NCBI GenBank assembly: GCA_963828735.1
Contig: CAWHFW010000005.1
Span: 2,560,001-2,624,000, forward strand
DNA: 64,000 nucleotides
Origin: an uncultured Gemmatimonadales bacterium
Lineage (GTDB): Bacteria; Gemmatimonadota; Gemmatimonadetes; Gemmatimonadales; GWC2-71-9
Direction of reading: 5' to 3'
The notes beneath the pieces are model-generated. The model was not told where the DNA came from, ran no database searches, and saw nothing but the letters and a program-made list of their open reading frames with translations. The translations under genes were made by a program, and so were the position numbers. This document shows positions 1 through 11,481 of the stretch, piece by piece. The first letter of the stretch is position 1, and each line of letters opens with the position of its first letter.

Positions 1-836
1 ATGGCCAGCCAGGGATTGACCGGCGTCTCGGGGAGGCCGTACACCGAGGGGCGATCCACCAGGAGGTAGAACGAGTTCAGCTCGGAGTACGTTTGTCCCG
101 GCACGTCACCATACAGGTAGGCGTCCGTGACCCCGCGCTCGTGCAGGACCTCCACCCGCTTCCGGGCCCGTTCCCGCAGCTCGTCGATCGGGCCGAACTG
201 AATGGACTCGGTCGGGCAGGCCTTGGCGCAGGCGGGCACCAGGCCGTCGCGTTGTCGGTCGAAGCACAGCGTGCACTTGTGAGCGTGACCGTCGATCGTG
301 CTGCGGGTGATGACCCCGAACGGGCAGGCGGCGATGCAATAGGCGCAGCCGTTGCAGATGTCCGGCTGGATGTAGACGTTGTCGAACTCGTTGTGGATGA
401 TGGCCCCGGTGGGGCACGCCTGCTGGCACGGTGCGGTCACGCAGTGCTTGCAGACGTCGCTCATCATGAGCCAGCGGCCAGGATCGACGCCGTCGGAGTC
501 GGACCCTGAGACTCCCGTCGCGCCCTTGCCGGGCAGCTGCTCGATGAACTTCACGTGCCGCCAGGAGGTGGCCGACAAGCCGCCGGTGTTGTCGTAGCTG
601 TTGCCGATCCACTCGAACCCATCCGCTGGCAGCTGGTTCCATTGCTTGCACGCCACCTCGCATGCTTTGCAGCCGATGCAGACGGTGGTATCGGTGTAGA
701 ACCCGGTGGGCTGACGCGGCTCAGGGGCAGCCGCGCGGCGGAAAGGCTCGACAACGCGTTCCAGGAGCACCGGCAAGCGACGAGGGGCGTCCCTGCCCGG
801 GGAAAGCGCGGCCAGCTCCTTCTCTCTAATCGCCAC
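1..836 (-). CDS. fdnH: Formate dehydrogenase iron-sulfur (beta) subunit, 4Fe-4S dicluster; partial, runs off the window start
   Basis: Read manually (absent from ORF track). GTG at 836 overlaps the alpha-subunit end. Translation includes GFYTDTTVCIGCKACEVACKQWN, CKHCVTAPCQQACPTGAI, CNGCAYCIAACPF, KCTLCFDR and PACAKACPT. Confidence 0.92.
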   Translation of the reverse strand, partial: MAIREKELAALSPGRDAPRRLPVLLERVVEPFRRAAAPEPRQPTGFYTDTTVCIGCKACEVACKQWNQLPADGFEWIGNSYDNTGGLSATSWRHVKFIEQLPGKGATGVSGSDSDGVDPGRWLMMSDVCKHCVTAPCQQACPTGAIIHNEFDNVYIQPDICNGCAYCIAACPFGVITRSTIDGHAHKCTLCFDRQRDGLVPACAKACPTESIQFGPIDELRERARKRVEVLHERGVTDAYLYGDVPGQTYSELNSFYLLVDRPSVYGLPETPVNPWLA

Positions 837-3800
837 GGTCGAATCTCCCCTCGGGCTGCGCCGCGGTCGGCGTGTCCGGCACCCGCTCCTCGGTCGGCCA
901 GGGCGCGGGCTCCTTGGTGGGCTTTGGCGCCGGGCCGCCATGCCGGCCGGCGTACACCTGGCAGGTGAACGCCTTGACCTCGTGCATACTGACGTTGGGA
1001 TCGGCTACCAGGGAGGTGAGGTCGTTGGCGTTGTCGCCCACGACTTCGCCGGCGAAGGCCCAGTGGAACGGAAGGCCGATCTGGTGCACGACGCGCCCCT
1101 CCACCAGCAGGGGCCACAGCCTCCGCGTCACCATCGCGCGCGCCTCGATGCGACCTCGCGCCGTCCGCACCGTCATCCAGCCGCCGTGCACGATGCCGCG
1201 TTCCTCGGCCAGCGCCGGGCTCAGCTCGACGAACATCTCCGGCTGAAGCTCGTTGAGCCAGCTGTTGAAGCGGCTCATCGGCCCGCTCAGGTAGTGCTCG
1301 GTGAGCCGGTAGGTGGTGGCGACCACCGGGAATTCCGACGTGGGGCTGTGCGCCAGCCGGTTGAGCGGTCCCTCGAAGAGCCGCACCACAGGGCTGGTCA
1401 CCTGCTTGGGATAGAGGAGGTTGCCCACGGGTGATTCGACCGGCTCGTAGTGGGTGGGCAGGGGCCCGTCCTTGACGCTGCCTGGCGCGAAGAGCCATCC
1501 GACGCCGTCGGGCTTCATGATGAAAGGTTGATTGCCGGCGATCGCGCTCATTCCTTTGGCGTCGGGCGGCGGGCGATAGTCCGGAGGCAGCTCGGGGTCG
1601 AAGTCCGGCTCGTCCGGGCCGACCCACCGGCGGAGTCCGGCGTCCCACCAGACCAGCTTCTTGCGTTCCGACCACGGGCGTCCCTCGGGGTCCGCCGAGG
1701 CACGATTGTAGAGAATGCGACGGTTGTGAGGCCACGCGTAGCCCCACTCGGGGTGGATCGGATTGGACGTGAGCCGCCGCTCCCTGGCGCGATTGCGCCC
1801 CGGCTCGGGGAACACGCCGCTGTAGATCCAGCAGCCGCACGACGTCGTGCCGTCGTCTCGCAGCTCCGAGAAGCCGGACACCAGCCGAGGCCGGCCGGTG
1901 CGAGGATCGGTCTGGTCCAGGTGGTACCCGTTGATCTCCATGAGGACCTTCTCCAGATCCGGCTCTCCCTGGATCCGGCTCGGGGTTCCGTCGGGCAATC
2001 GTGGCGGTTCATCGAACTCGTAGTCCCACGTGAGGTGGAGCAGCGGCTGATCGCGCGGATCGGTGGACCCCGCGTAGAGCTGCTTCAGGCGCTTTCCGAG
2101 ATTGTAGAGGAACCATGCGTCCGACCGGCTGTCTCCAGTCGGGTCGAGAGCCTTGTCGTGCCACTGCAGCATCCGCTGGGTATTGGTGAGGCTGCCCTCC
2201 TTCTCCGGCGCGGCCGCCGCCGGGATGAAGAACACTTCGGTCTTGATCTCGTCCGGTGGAGGGGCGCCGGGATCGTTCTTCCAGAAGACGGCGCTCTCGA
2301 TCTCGAACCAGTCGAGCACTACCAGCCAGTCGAGGTTGCGCAGTCCAGCGCGATGGAGCCTCGCATTGGGCGAGCCCCCGGCGGGATTCTGTCCGAAGAG
2401 GAAATAGCCTTTGACCCCGCCCTTGGACATGCGATCGAAGTACGGCAGCTGTGAATAGTCGGCATCCACCCTCGGCAGCCAGGAGAAGCAGAACTCGTTG
2501 TCCGCCGTCGCGGCATCGCCGTACCAGGCCTTGAGCAGGCTGACGATGAACTTGGGGAAGTTGGCCCAGTACCCGGTGGGCAGCCCCTCGTGCTCGACGT
2601 AGGCGCCGAGGGTTTCGTGCTGCTCGTCGGCGCCCGGCTGCGGCAGGTAGCCGGGCAGCGCATCGTACAGGGTGGCCAGGTCGGTCGACCCCTGGATCGT
2701 CGAGTGGCCCCGCATCGCCATGATTCCGCCGCCGGGCCTGCCCATGTTGCCGAGCAGTAACTGCAGGATGCCGGCGGTCCGGATCATCTGCACGCCGGTC
2801 GTATGCTGGGTCCAGCCCAGGGCATACACCACGGCACTGGTCCGTTCGCGTCCGGAGTTGCTGCACAGCAGCTCAGCCACCCGCACCAGCTCGCTCGGTG
2901 CGCAGCCGCACACCTGGGCGACCAACTCCGGCGTGTAGCGGGCAAAGTGGCGCTTCAGGATCTGAAAGACGCAGCGAGGGTGTTGCAGGGTAGGATCGCG
3001 GGCCGGCTCGCCTTCCGCGACACAGGACATCTCCTGTCGCGTCCCGGAGTGGCTGGTGCCTCCCGACTCGAGGGAGTGCCCGTACAGGCCGAGCTGCTGA
3101 AACATCCGATACATCGGCGTCACGCCGATCCAGCCGCTCCCCCCTTCTTCCGGTGTGCGGCAGTATCTCCAGCCGCCTTCGCGCGCGTCGTACGTGCCGG
3201 TCTTGCCGTTCCCATGGTAGCCGCTGAACAGGCCGCCCAGGTCCTCGGTGTCCTGATAGGCCTCATGCACGATGGCGGACGCGTTGGTGTAGTTGAGCAC
3301 ATAGTCCTCGAACCAGCGATCGTGGCTCAGGACATAGTTCACCAGGCCGCCGAGGAAGGCGAGGTCGCTGCCCGCGCGGATACTGACGTGGAGGTCGCAC
3401 AGGGCCGACGTGCGGGTATAGCGCGGGTCCACGTGGATCAGCGTCGCGCCCCGAGCCTTCGCCATCATCGGCCAGCGGAACCCGACCGGATGGGCCTCGG
3501 CCATGTTCGAGCCCATGAACAGGACGCAATCGCTGTTGGCGAGGTCCTGCTGATAGTTGGTGGCCGCGCCGCGACCGAACGAGGCGCCCAGACCGGGCAC
3601 CGAGGCGCTATGTCATATCCTGGCCTGGTTCTCGATCGAGACCACTCCCAGTCCGCCGCCGAACAGCTTCTTGATGAGATAGTTCTCCTCGTTGTCGATG
3701 GTGGCGCCGCCAAGCGTACCGATCGAGCGGACCGAGTTGAGGAGGCGGCCGGAGTCGGTCCGGACCGTGAAGTCGGCGTCCCGGACGTCCTTGACGCGGC

Positions 3801-4146
3801 GCGCGATCTGGTCGAGGGCCCAGTCCAGTGTGTGCGTTTCCCAGTGATCGGAGTAAGGAGCGCGGTAGAGTACCCGGGTCACACGGTGGGGATTCACTGC
3901 GAGCTGGAAGGCGTTGGCTCCCTTGGGACAAAGCGTCCCCTCGTTGATGGGACTCTCGGGGTTGCCCTCGATGTCGATGAGCTTCCCGCCTTTGGTGTAG
4001 ATGAGCTGGCCGCACCCGACGGCGCAGTACGGGCAGAGGCCCTCGGTGACGGTGGCGCCCCGGAGTCGCGAGGCCTTCTCGACTGTTTGCCGGCTGACCG
4101 GCTCGTGGGACGAGGGTGTGTGGGGCCAGTCAGGGAGGTCGGACAT
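826..4146 (-). CDS. fdnG: Formate dehydrogenase alpha subunit (Mo/W-bisPGD), selenocysteine-containing
   Basis: ORFs 3613..4182 and 826..3600 are in frame across a single TGA: ENQARI-U-HSASVPGLGASFGRGAATN. Motifs CPYCAVGC..C (4Fe-4S), MRGHSTIQG and TTYRLTEH are present. Likely ATG at 4146 with GAGG RBS. Confidence 0.95.
3583..3615 (-). promoter_or_regulatory. Sec UGA codon (3613-3615) and bacterial SECIS hairpin
   Basis: UGA, 11-nt spacer, then GGUGCCC-GGUCU-GGGCGCC. Spacing and the GGUCU apex match the E. coli fdhF SECIS. Confidence 0.85.
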
Positions 4147-4577
4147 GTCATCCTCGCGGCCGTTGAAGACACCACCAAACATGCAGGCGAAAGCGATTTC
4201 CGTGCGTCGGGGATTTGCGTGGTGACCGTTGTCTCACTCGGCTGCCCGCCTTCGGCTGTAGAGATCCGACCTGGTCCCTCTGTCGTATGGTCAATCAGGG
4301 CACTCTGAACATTTGCGCACCCGATGGAGCGGCGCGAGGGTGGCTCGAAAGGCCGAGAATGTGCCAAACGCCGGGTTTAGTCGGTGACCAAGCACACGTT
4401 GCTGGCTGCGACGGATTTCCCCTGGCAGGACTCCGCCTGTGGAGATGCGGTGACTGAGTGACGGGAACTCGCGGAAAGGGTCGCGGGTTGGTAGAATTCG
4501 GCCGGTTGCATTTGCTCCTCGGAATAGGGAAAGTCCAGCGCCTTCGGTGGCGTGCGGCTCGAGCGAGGAGGGGCAAT

Positions 4578-4612
4578 GAAGCCCGGCAGCGACGTCCGTC
4601 GCGCCGGGCTTC
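4578..4612. repeat. Palindromic REP-like element, copy 1
   Basis: GAAGCCCGGC-A-GCGAC-GTCC-GTCGC-GCCGGGCTTC; near-identical to 5334-5367 and 14048-14082. Confidence 0.75.
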
Positions 4613-4674
4613 TCACTCAACGCCGCGCGGCCAGTGGCGTCGGTGACATCCCTGCTTTTCAAAAGAGGTGGTTC

Positions 4675-5314
4675 TTGACGGACTCGCGGTTCGGGGCGCT
4701 GCGTCGCGGCGCGACGAGATGCTGCATGATGGCGACGGCGTTGGGTGTGGTGGTTGTGGGAGCAGCGTCGGCCCAGACGATGTCGGCGCAGCCGGGGACG
4801 CCGGACCGCACGCTCCCCATCATCCGGGTGAGCCCCGAGAACGTCCGGATGAACAACTACCTGCACGATCTGGCGAGCCCGGCCGCAGTCGTCGGGGTAA
4901 TCAGTGGTGGAGTGATCGCCGCATCTCCGGGACCAGCCCGCGGCGTGGGACAATGACGTGGGGGGCCTGGCAAGCCGGATCGCCTCGCGCGCCGGTCAGG
5001 CCGCAGTACAGGTGAGTGTCCGTCACGGCCTGGCCGCGCTCATGCACCGCAGCACGGGCTACCAGCCCTGCGATTGCCACGGATTCGGGCCGCGAGTGGA
5101 GCACGCCCTGCTCGAGTCGTTCACCGATCACCGCGCCGACGGGAGCCGGGCGCTCGCGATCCCTCGCTTCGCCGGGGCCTACGCCGGGAGCTTTGCCCGC
5201 CTCAGTTGGGAGCACGACAAGAGTGTGGGTGCCACCGCACTGGGCACGACCACGTCCCTCGGGTTCTCGGCTCTGGTGAACGTCGTTCGGGAGCTGTCTG
5301 GCATCGGACGTTAG
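4675..5314 (+). CDS. Exported hypothetical protein, split by one +1 frameshift near 4920
   Basis: TTG start after AGAGGTG; signal peptide ending ..GAASA-Q. Removing one base joins the frames as ..GGVIA/HLRDQPAAWDNDVGGLASRIASRAGQ. Confidence 0.6.
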
Positions 5315-5330
5315 CCTCGACACCTGAAGG

Positions 5331-5373
5331 GATGAAGCCCGGCACGACTTCCGTCGTGCCGGGCTTCGTCTTT
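5331..5373. terminator. Hairpin between convergent genes (REP-like copy 2)
   Basis: GATGAAGCCCGGCACGAC-TTCC-GTCGTGCCGGGCTTCGTC-TTT, just after the stop at 5314. Confidence 0.7.
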
Positions 5374-5412
5374 CCACCCCATCTTCGCCGCGCTGATCTC
5401 TCGTCGGCAACT

Positions 5413-7020
5413 TCAGGCAGAAGGACAATGGGCGGCGGAGTCTCGTTGGGCGGCCCAGATGCCGACCTGACCGAGACCATACGGCCGGGCGAGGAGCGCC
5501 CCCGCGGTATCGGCCTCCGACCGCACGTGGCGGACGACCAGGCCCGCCGGATTCGCCGCCTCCCACCCGGCCAGCTGATCCTCGGTGACCACCTCGAGCG
5601 GGCGCTCGAGGCGTCCCAGGAAATGGAATTGTCCCGCGTAGTCGCCGACGTGCGCGACCGGTCTTCGGGCCTCCTCTGCGGCCTTGAGGCACGCGGCGAG
5701 CGGTCGAAGGTCGTAGCTCCGGGCAAGGAGCCTTCCCCCGGCGAGGTGAACCCCGATCAGAAGCGCGGGGCTCGTGAGGCTCAACGCGATCACCTGCCGC
5801 CGCGTACCCGTCAACAGGACGAGGGCGAGCGCCCCGATCAGGAGCACGCCCCCCCAGGCCGGGGAGATCTGGTTCACCCAGCCGGGGAATCTCAGCCTCG
5901 CGTGCAGGCCATCGCCGGCGAGCAGCAGCGCCCCACTCAGCGCAAGCAGGGCGGCGGCCGGCGCCGCGTCCCGGCGGCGCGCCGGTTCCCCCCCGCGCGA
6001 ACACGCAGCGCTCGCGAGGAGGGCGAATCCCGGCAGCAGCGGAATGAGGTAGTGGACCTGCTTGCCGCTGATGACGGAAAGCGCGATCAACCCGGGCACG
6101 ACCCACGCGAGCGCGAACCGGGCCGGCAGGTCTACCGCTCCGCGTCCCAGGCGCGCCAGCGATCGCCAGAGCGGCGGCCACAGAGCCCACGGGTAGAGGA
6201 CCAGCGGCAGCAGCGAGAGATACCACCACCATGGCCGCCGGTGCGCGAACGCATGGACGAGACGCCCCGCCGTCTGCTCCCACAGGATCGCCGCGCGGTA
6301 CGCCTGACCCCCGCGGGCCGCGGCGGGAAGCGCCCACGCGAGCGCGATCGCGGCGCCGAGGGCGACGCCGGCGCCGAGGCTGAGATACCACCGCCCCCAG
6401 CGAGCCGGCCGCGGGTCGGTGGCCCACCACGGTGCGAGCAGCGCCACGGGGAGCACATGGACGAGCACGACAGGTCCCTTGGCGAGCGCGCCAAGGCCTA
6501 GCCCGGCCGCGAAGGTCAGCCATCCACGGAGCGGACGCCCGCGCCACGCGTCCACGACACCCGCGAGTGCCAGCAGCACGCACGTCGTGAGCAGGGTGTC
6601 GAAGAGGACGAGGGTGGTGTAGGTGACCCACAGGAACCCGCTGAGGAACGGCATCGCCTGGTCTCCGCTGCGCGGGCCATCCGGCGAGAGGCGCGCGGCG
6701 AGCCGCGCGAGCAGGAGCGCGCTGGTCAGGCCGAGGATGGGCGGCAGGAGGCGCGGCCACCATTCGTTCACGCCAAGCACGCGCCAGCCGAGCAGCATGC
6801 CCCAGAACAGCAGCGGCGGCTTGTCGGCATAGGGCGCGCCGTTCAGGTGCGGCACGACCCAATCACCGCGGCGCCACATCTCCCATGCGACCGACAGATA
6901 GCGGGTCTCGTCCACGGGAAGCAGTGGACGTTGCGCCAGGGCCAGCGCTACCAGGGCGCCCCACAGGACCAGCCATCCCCAACCGGGGATGAACCGACCC
7001 GGCGAATCACTCCGCGGCAC
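5413..7020 (-). CDS. ArnT-like (GT83/PMT family) membrane glycosyltransferase
   Basis: PVDETRY, PHLNGAPYADKPPLLFW, LAKGPV, HRRPWWWY and SGKQVHYLIP motifs; multiple TM segments. Confidence 0.88.
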   Translation of the reverse strand: MPRSDSPGRFIPGWGWLVLWGALVALALAQRPLLPVDETRYLSVAWEMWRRGDWVVPHLNGAPYADKPPLLFWGMLLGWRVLGVNEWWPRLLPPILGLTSALLLARLAARLSPDGPRSGDQAMPFLSGFLWVTYTTLVLFDTLLTTCVLLALAGVVDAWRGRPLRGWLTFAAGLGLGALAKGPVVLVHVLPVALLAPWWATDPRPARWGRWYLSLGAGVALGAAIALAWALPAAARGGQAYRAAILWEQTAGRLVHAFAHRRPWWWYLSLLPLVLYPWALWPPLWRSLARLGRGAVDLPARFALAWVVPGLIALSVISGKQVHYLIPLLPGFALLASAACSRGGEPARRRDAAPAAALLALSGALLLAGDGLHARLRFPGWVNQISPAWGGVLLIGALALVLLTGTRRQVIALSLTSPALLIGVHLAGGRLLARSYDLRPLAACLKAAEEARRPVAHVGDYAGQFHFLGRLERPLEVVTEDQLAGWEAANPAGLVVRHVRSEADTAGALLARPYGLGQVGIWAAQRDSAAHCPSA

Positions 7021-7279
7021 GACGCGACCGTCTGATCAGCTCCAGGTTGCGCAGGTACACCACGGCGCCGAACGACTGACCCAGGATGAAGACCGGATCG
7101 CGCCGGTAGATCGCATAGGCCAGGAGCAGGAGGCCGCCGGCCAGGCTCAGATGCCAGAACTCGATGGGGACCACGCTCCGGCCCGCGCGTTCGCTCCGCC
7201 ACCACTGGACCAGAAACCGCATCGTGAACAAGGCCTGGCCCAGGAAGCCAATGACGAGCCACATCGTTCTAACCGCCAT
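7007..7279 (-). CDS. Lipid-A-disaccharide synthase N-terminal (LAB_N) domain small membrane protein
   Basis: IGFLGQALFTMRFLVQWWRSE...VVPIEFWHLSLAGG...DPVFILGQ...YLRNL. Confidence 0.88.
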   Translation of the reverse strand: MAVRTMWLVIGFLGQALFTMRFLVQWWRSERAGRSVVPIEFWHLSLAGGLLLLAYAIYRRDPVFILGQSFGAVVYLRNLELIRRSRRAAE

Positions 7280-8006
7280 CGGGCCCCTCCATGGTCGCGG
7301 GTGAGATCGACCGGCGCTTGAGCCACAGGACACCGGCGAGATCCGCCACGCCGACCCAGGCGCGATCGAGCACGCCATAGTGCGAGCGGCCATGGTGGCG
7401 GGGCCGGTGATTCACCGGTACGGACGCGACGCGCCAGCCGCTCCCCAGAAACAACGCGGGAAGAAAGCGGTGCATGTGATCGAAGTGGGGGACCGCGAGG
7501 AAGGACTCCCGGCTGAACAGCTTGAGACCGCAGCCGCTGTCGGGGATGGAATCACCGAGCAGCCGGGCGCGGATCGCGTTGGCGACCCGCCCGGCGACCC
7601 GCTTGGCCCGCGAATCCTGGCGCTTCTGCCGCGCGCCGATGACGAGCCGAAGTCCCGGGGGTGCCGAGGGGTCTCGCACGGCGGCGAGCAGCGTCGGGAT
7701 GTCGGCGGGATCGTTCTGGCCGTCGCCGTCGAGGGTGGCGATCCACGGTCCCCGCGCGGCTCTGACTCCGTGCACGGTCGCAGCACTCTGACCGGCGCGT
7801 TTGGCATGCCGAACGATCCGAAGCCGGGGAAATTCCGTCGCCAACGCGGCCAGCTGCGTGGCGGTGTCGTCCTCGCTCGCATCGTCCACGCAAACGATTT
7901 CGTAATCGACTCGTCCGTCGAGCGCGGCGGCGATCTCCGCGACCAGCGGGGCCAGATTGTCGGCCTCGTTGTGAATCGGCACCACCACCGACAACTCGGT
8001 GCTCAC
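7269..8006 (-). CDS. GT2 polyprenyl-phosphate glycosyltransferase (DPM1/ArnC-like)
   Basis: SVVVPIHNE, VDDASED, GQSAA, LDGDGQNDP, DSGCGLKLF, HMHRFLP, VNHRPR; GGAGG RBS. Confidence 0.9.
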   Translation of the reverse strand: MSTELSVVVPIHNEADNLAPLVAEIAAALDGRVDYEIVCVDDASEDDTATQLAALATEFPRLRIVRHAKRAGQSAATVHGVRAARGPWIATLDGDGQNDPADIPTLLAAVRDPSAPPGLRLVIGARQKRQDSRAKRVAGRVANAIRARLLGDSIPDSGCGLKLFSRESFLAVPHFDHMHRFLPALFLGSGWRVASVPVNHRPRHHGRSHYGVLDRAWVGVADLAGVLWLKRRSISPATMEGPDGG

Positions 8007-8228
8007 GATGCTGCCTCCACGCAGGCTGGGCGTCCGCCACCCCGCTCGGACCGTCAGCGCTCAACGAGCTGGCCTGGGTGCGGGGCGGTGCTCACCGAAA
8101 GCTAGATTTTCCGGGCCGAATGAGGGAGGTGGGGCGGTACTGCGATGGCAGGAGTGTGCCGGGGCCGGTCCTACCGTCCCGCGACCTCGCTCGGCGCGAG
8201 ACGCTCCTCGGCCGTGCTCGAGGTCGAG

Positions 8229-8801
8229 CTACACCACCTCGTCTTGAGTGCTGACCTCGCGCGGTGGGCCACAGGGGCCTCGATCGCGCTCCGCCTGACC
8301 GTCGGCCGGCCCGAGCTGGCGCGCTGCCTCCTTGCGCTCGACGGCGGCCGAGTCGAGGTCGTCAGTGGCTGTGGCCGTTTGCTCGCTGGGCCGTGCCAAA
8401 ATGGTCCCAGCCCTGAGCTTCGGCAAGAGTCGCCGGACCTCCGCCTGCAGCTCCGAGGTTGTGAACGGTGTGCGAAGCATTGGTAGGCCGTCGGGCAGGT
8501 GAGGGTCGGACGTCGAGCCGGCGGGATCGCTCGAGAGAAACAAGATCGTCAGGGCGGGGAAGCTGTTCCGTAACTCCTCCAGGAGGTCCATCCGTACCGC
8601 GCCTTCGACCCGCATGCTGCTGATCATGAGGTGGCAGTGCATGAGCGCCACCGAGTCGGGGGCGGAGAGGCCACTGGGGTCGTGAGCGACGCAATGCCCG
8701 TCGCGCCGAAGGGTAGCAATGATCCGGGCGGCGGTGACAGAATCCTCATCGGCCACGACGATGCGTTGCCGGTCGAAGGAATAGGCAGTTGGGGAACTCA
8801 C
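8229..8801 (-). CDS. Degenerate receiver-domain protein
   Basis: RIVVADED..LRRDGH..LMISSMRV..LLEELR..ILFLS..LRTPF..EL follows the REC pattern. Start uncertain (GTG 8801). Confidence 0.6.
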   Translation of the reverse strand: MSSPTAYSFDRQRIVVADEDSVTAARIIATLRRDGHCVAHDPSGLSAPDSVALMHCHLMISSMRVEGAVRMDLLEELRNSFPALTILFLSSDPAGSTSDPHLPDGLPMLRTPFTTSELQAEVRRLLPKLRAGTILARPSEQTATATDDLDSAAVERKEAARQLGPADGQAERDRGPCGPPREVSTQDEVV

Positions 8802-8937
8802 GGCGGGCCTTTGGACCCGGAAATGGTCCGGGAGTGGCAGGATGGAGCGAAGGTAGGGAAGCGAGCCCGCGCCGGGACGGGTCGAAGCCAGATCACATTT
8901 CCTCTGCGAAAGCCTCCCTGCGACACACTCGGTTGCC

Positions 8938-9399
8938 TCAGGCGATGCGCCACTCCGCCAGAGAGGCGTACGCCAGCCCGCGCTGATCCGGAATGATCGT
9001 AAGCTCGAGCGCGGTGACAGCGACGAGGTCGACATTCAAGTCCTCGACCTCGCTGGTCGCACCTGCCGGGCTGAAGGTGTACTGTTGGCGCACGACCTCG
9101 CGAAACGTCTGCCCGCCGTCCGGGGACCAGCGCAACGTGAACTCCTGCGTGCGCTCGTCGTCGGACTCGTCGAACCGGAGCCGGATGCGCCGGAGACTTT
9201 GCGGCCGGTGAAACACGAGTCGGATGCTCTGCGTGCCGCGTTCGGAGGCGCGCCACCCCGAGGCGTCCCCCGGCGTCAGGGCCGCCTCGACCGGGTGCGC
9301 CGCCTCCTCCGAGGTGAGCTCCACGTCGGCCAGCACGTCGACATTCAGCCAGCGCCCGGGCGGCGACGGCGCCGAGGAATGTACCATTCGCTTTTGCAT
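8938..9399 (-). CDS. Galactose-binding-like/discoidin-fold hypothetical ('carbohydrate-binding') protein
   Basis: ELTSE..HPVEAAL..GWRA..GTQSIRLVF..ERTQEFTLRWSPDGG. Confidence 0.65.
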   Translation of the reverse strand: MQKRMVHSSAPSPPGRWLNVDVLADVELTSEEAAHPVEAALTPGDASGWRASERGTQSIRLVFHRPQSLRRIRLRFDESDDERTQEFTLRWSPDGGQTFREVVRQQYTFSPAGATSEVEDLNVDLVAVTALELTIIPDQRGLAYASLAEWRIA

Positions 9400-9486
9400 G
9401 CCTGATCCTTTTCGCCGCGGTTCACAGGGCTCCATGGGAAGTTCGATGGATGCCGCGTCCCACCCCTACGATTTCCCGGCCTGTCG

Positions 9487-9705
9487 TCAGCTGTCGTTGG
9501 CGGGCATCCACTCCAATAGCTTACCAGGCTGGACCTGAAAGAATCGGCATAGCTGGTCAAGCGTCTCGGCATGGAGCCGTCCAAAGCGGCCGCCGGCACG
9601 GGAGAGCCGGTACGCGCTGGGGTATGTCAGATCAGTTTCCCGCCAAAGTTTGTACGCCGAGATCCCACGCGTCCTCATGAGTTCGTGCACTTTGAGCCGC
9701 ACCAT
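9487..9705 (-). CDS. Small Cro/C1-type HTH transcriptional regulator
   Basis: MVRLKVHELMRTRGISAYKL...TLDQLCRFFQVQPGKLLEW. Confidence 0.8.
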   Translation of the reverse strand: MVRLKVHELMRTRGISAYKLWRETDLTYPSAYRLSRAGGRFGRLHAETLDQLCRFFQVQPGKLLEWMPANDS

Positions 9706-9777
9706 AGCACCTTTCGGGCAGCTGTCACGCCGCGTTCGATACCTGCCGCATGTCGGCATTATTGAGAAGCATGGTGG

Positions 9778-9816
9778 GGCGGGTCGTGACAGCCTACGCT
9801 GGCTTCACGACCCGCC
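9778..9816 (-). terminator. Strong hairpin downstream of groEL (no clear U-tract)
   Basis: GGCGGGTCGTGA-C-AGCC-TACGCT-GGCT-TCACGACCCGCC. Confidence 0.55.
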
Positions 9817-9823
9817 GGTCCGT

Positions 9824-11458
<1,635 letters not shown>

Positions 11459-11481
11459 TCAATCCTCTCGAATGGTCCGCA

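Noticed and set aside
4147..4490. Possible Moco/Wco riboswitch upstream of the FDH gene
   Set aside because: I read the minus strand and could not find the conserved elements; an Rfam scan would be needed to exclude it fully.
4522..4540. GGAATAGGGAAAGTCC resembling RNase P (GAGGAAAGUCC) or cobalamin riboswitch (AGGGAA) motifs
   Set aside because: None of the other required elements of either RNA is present nearby.
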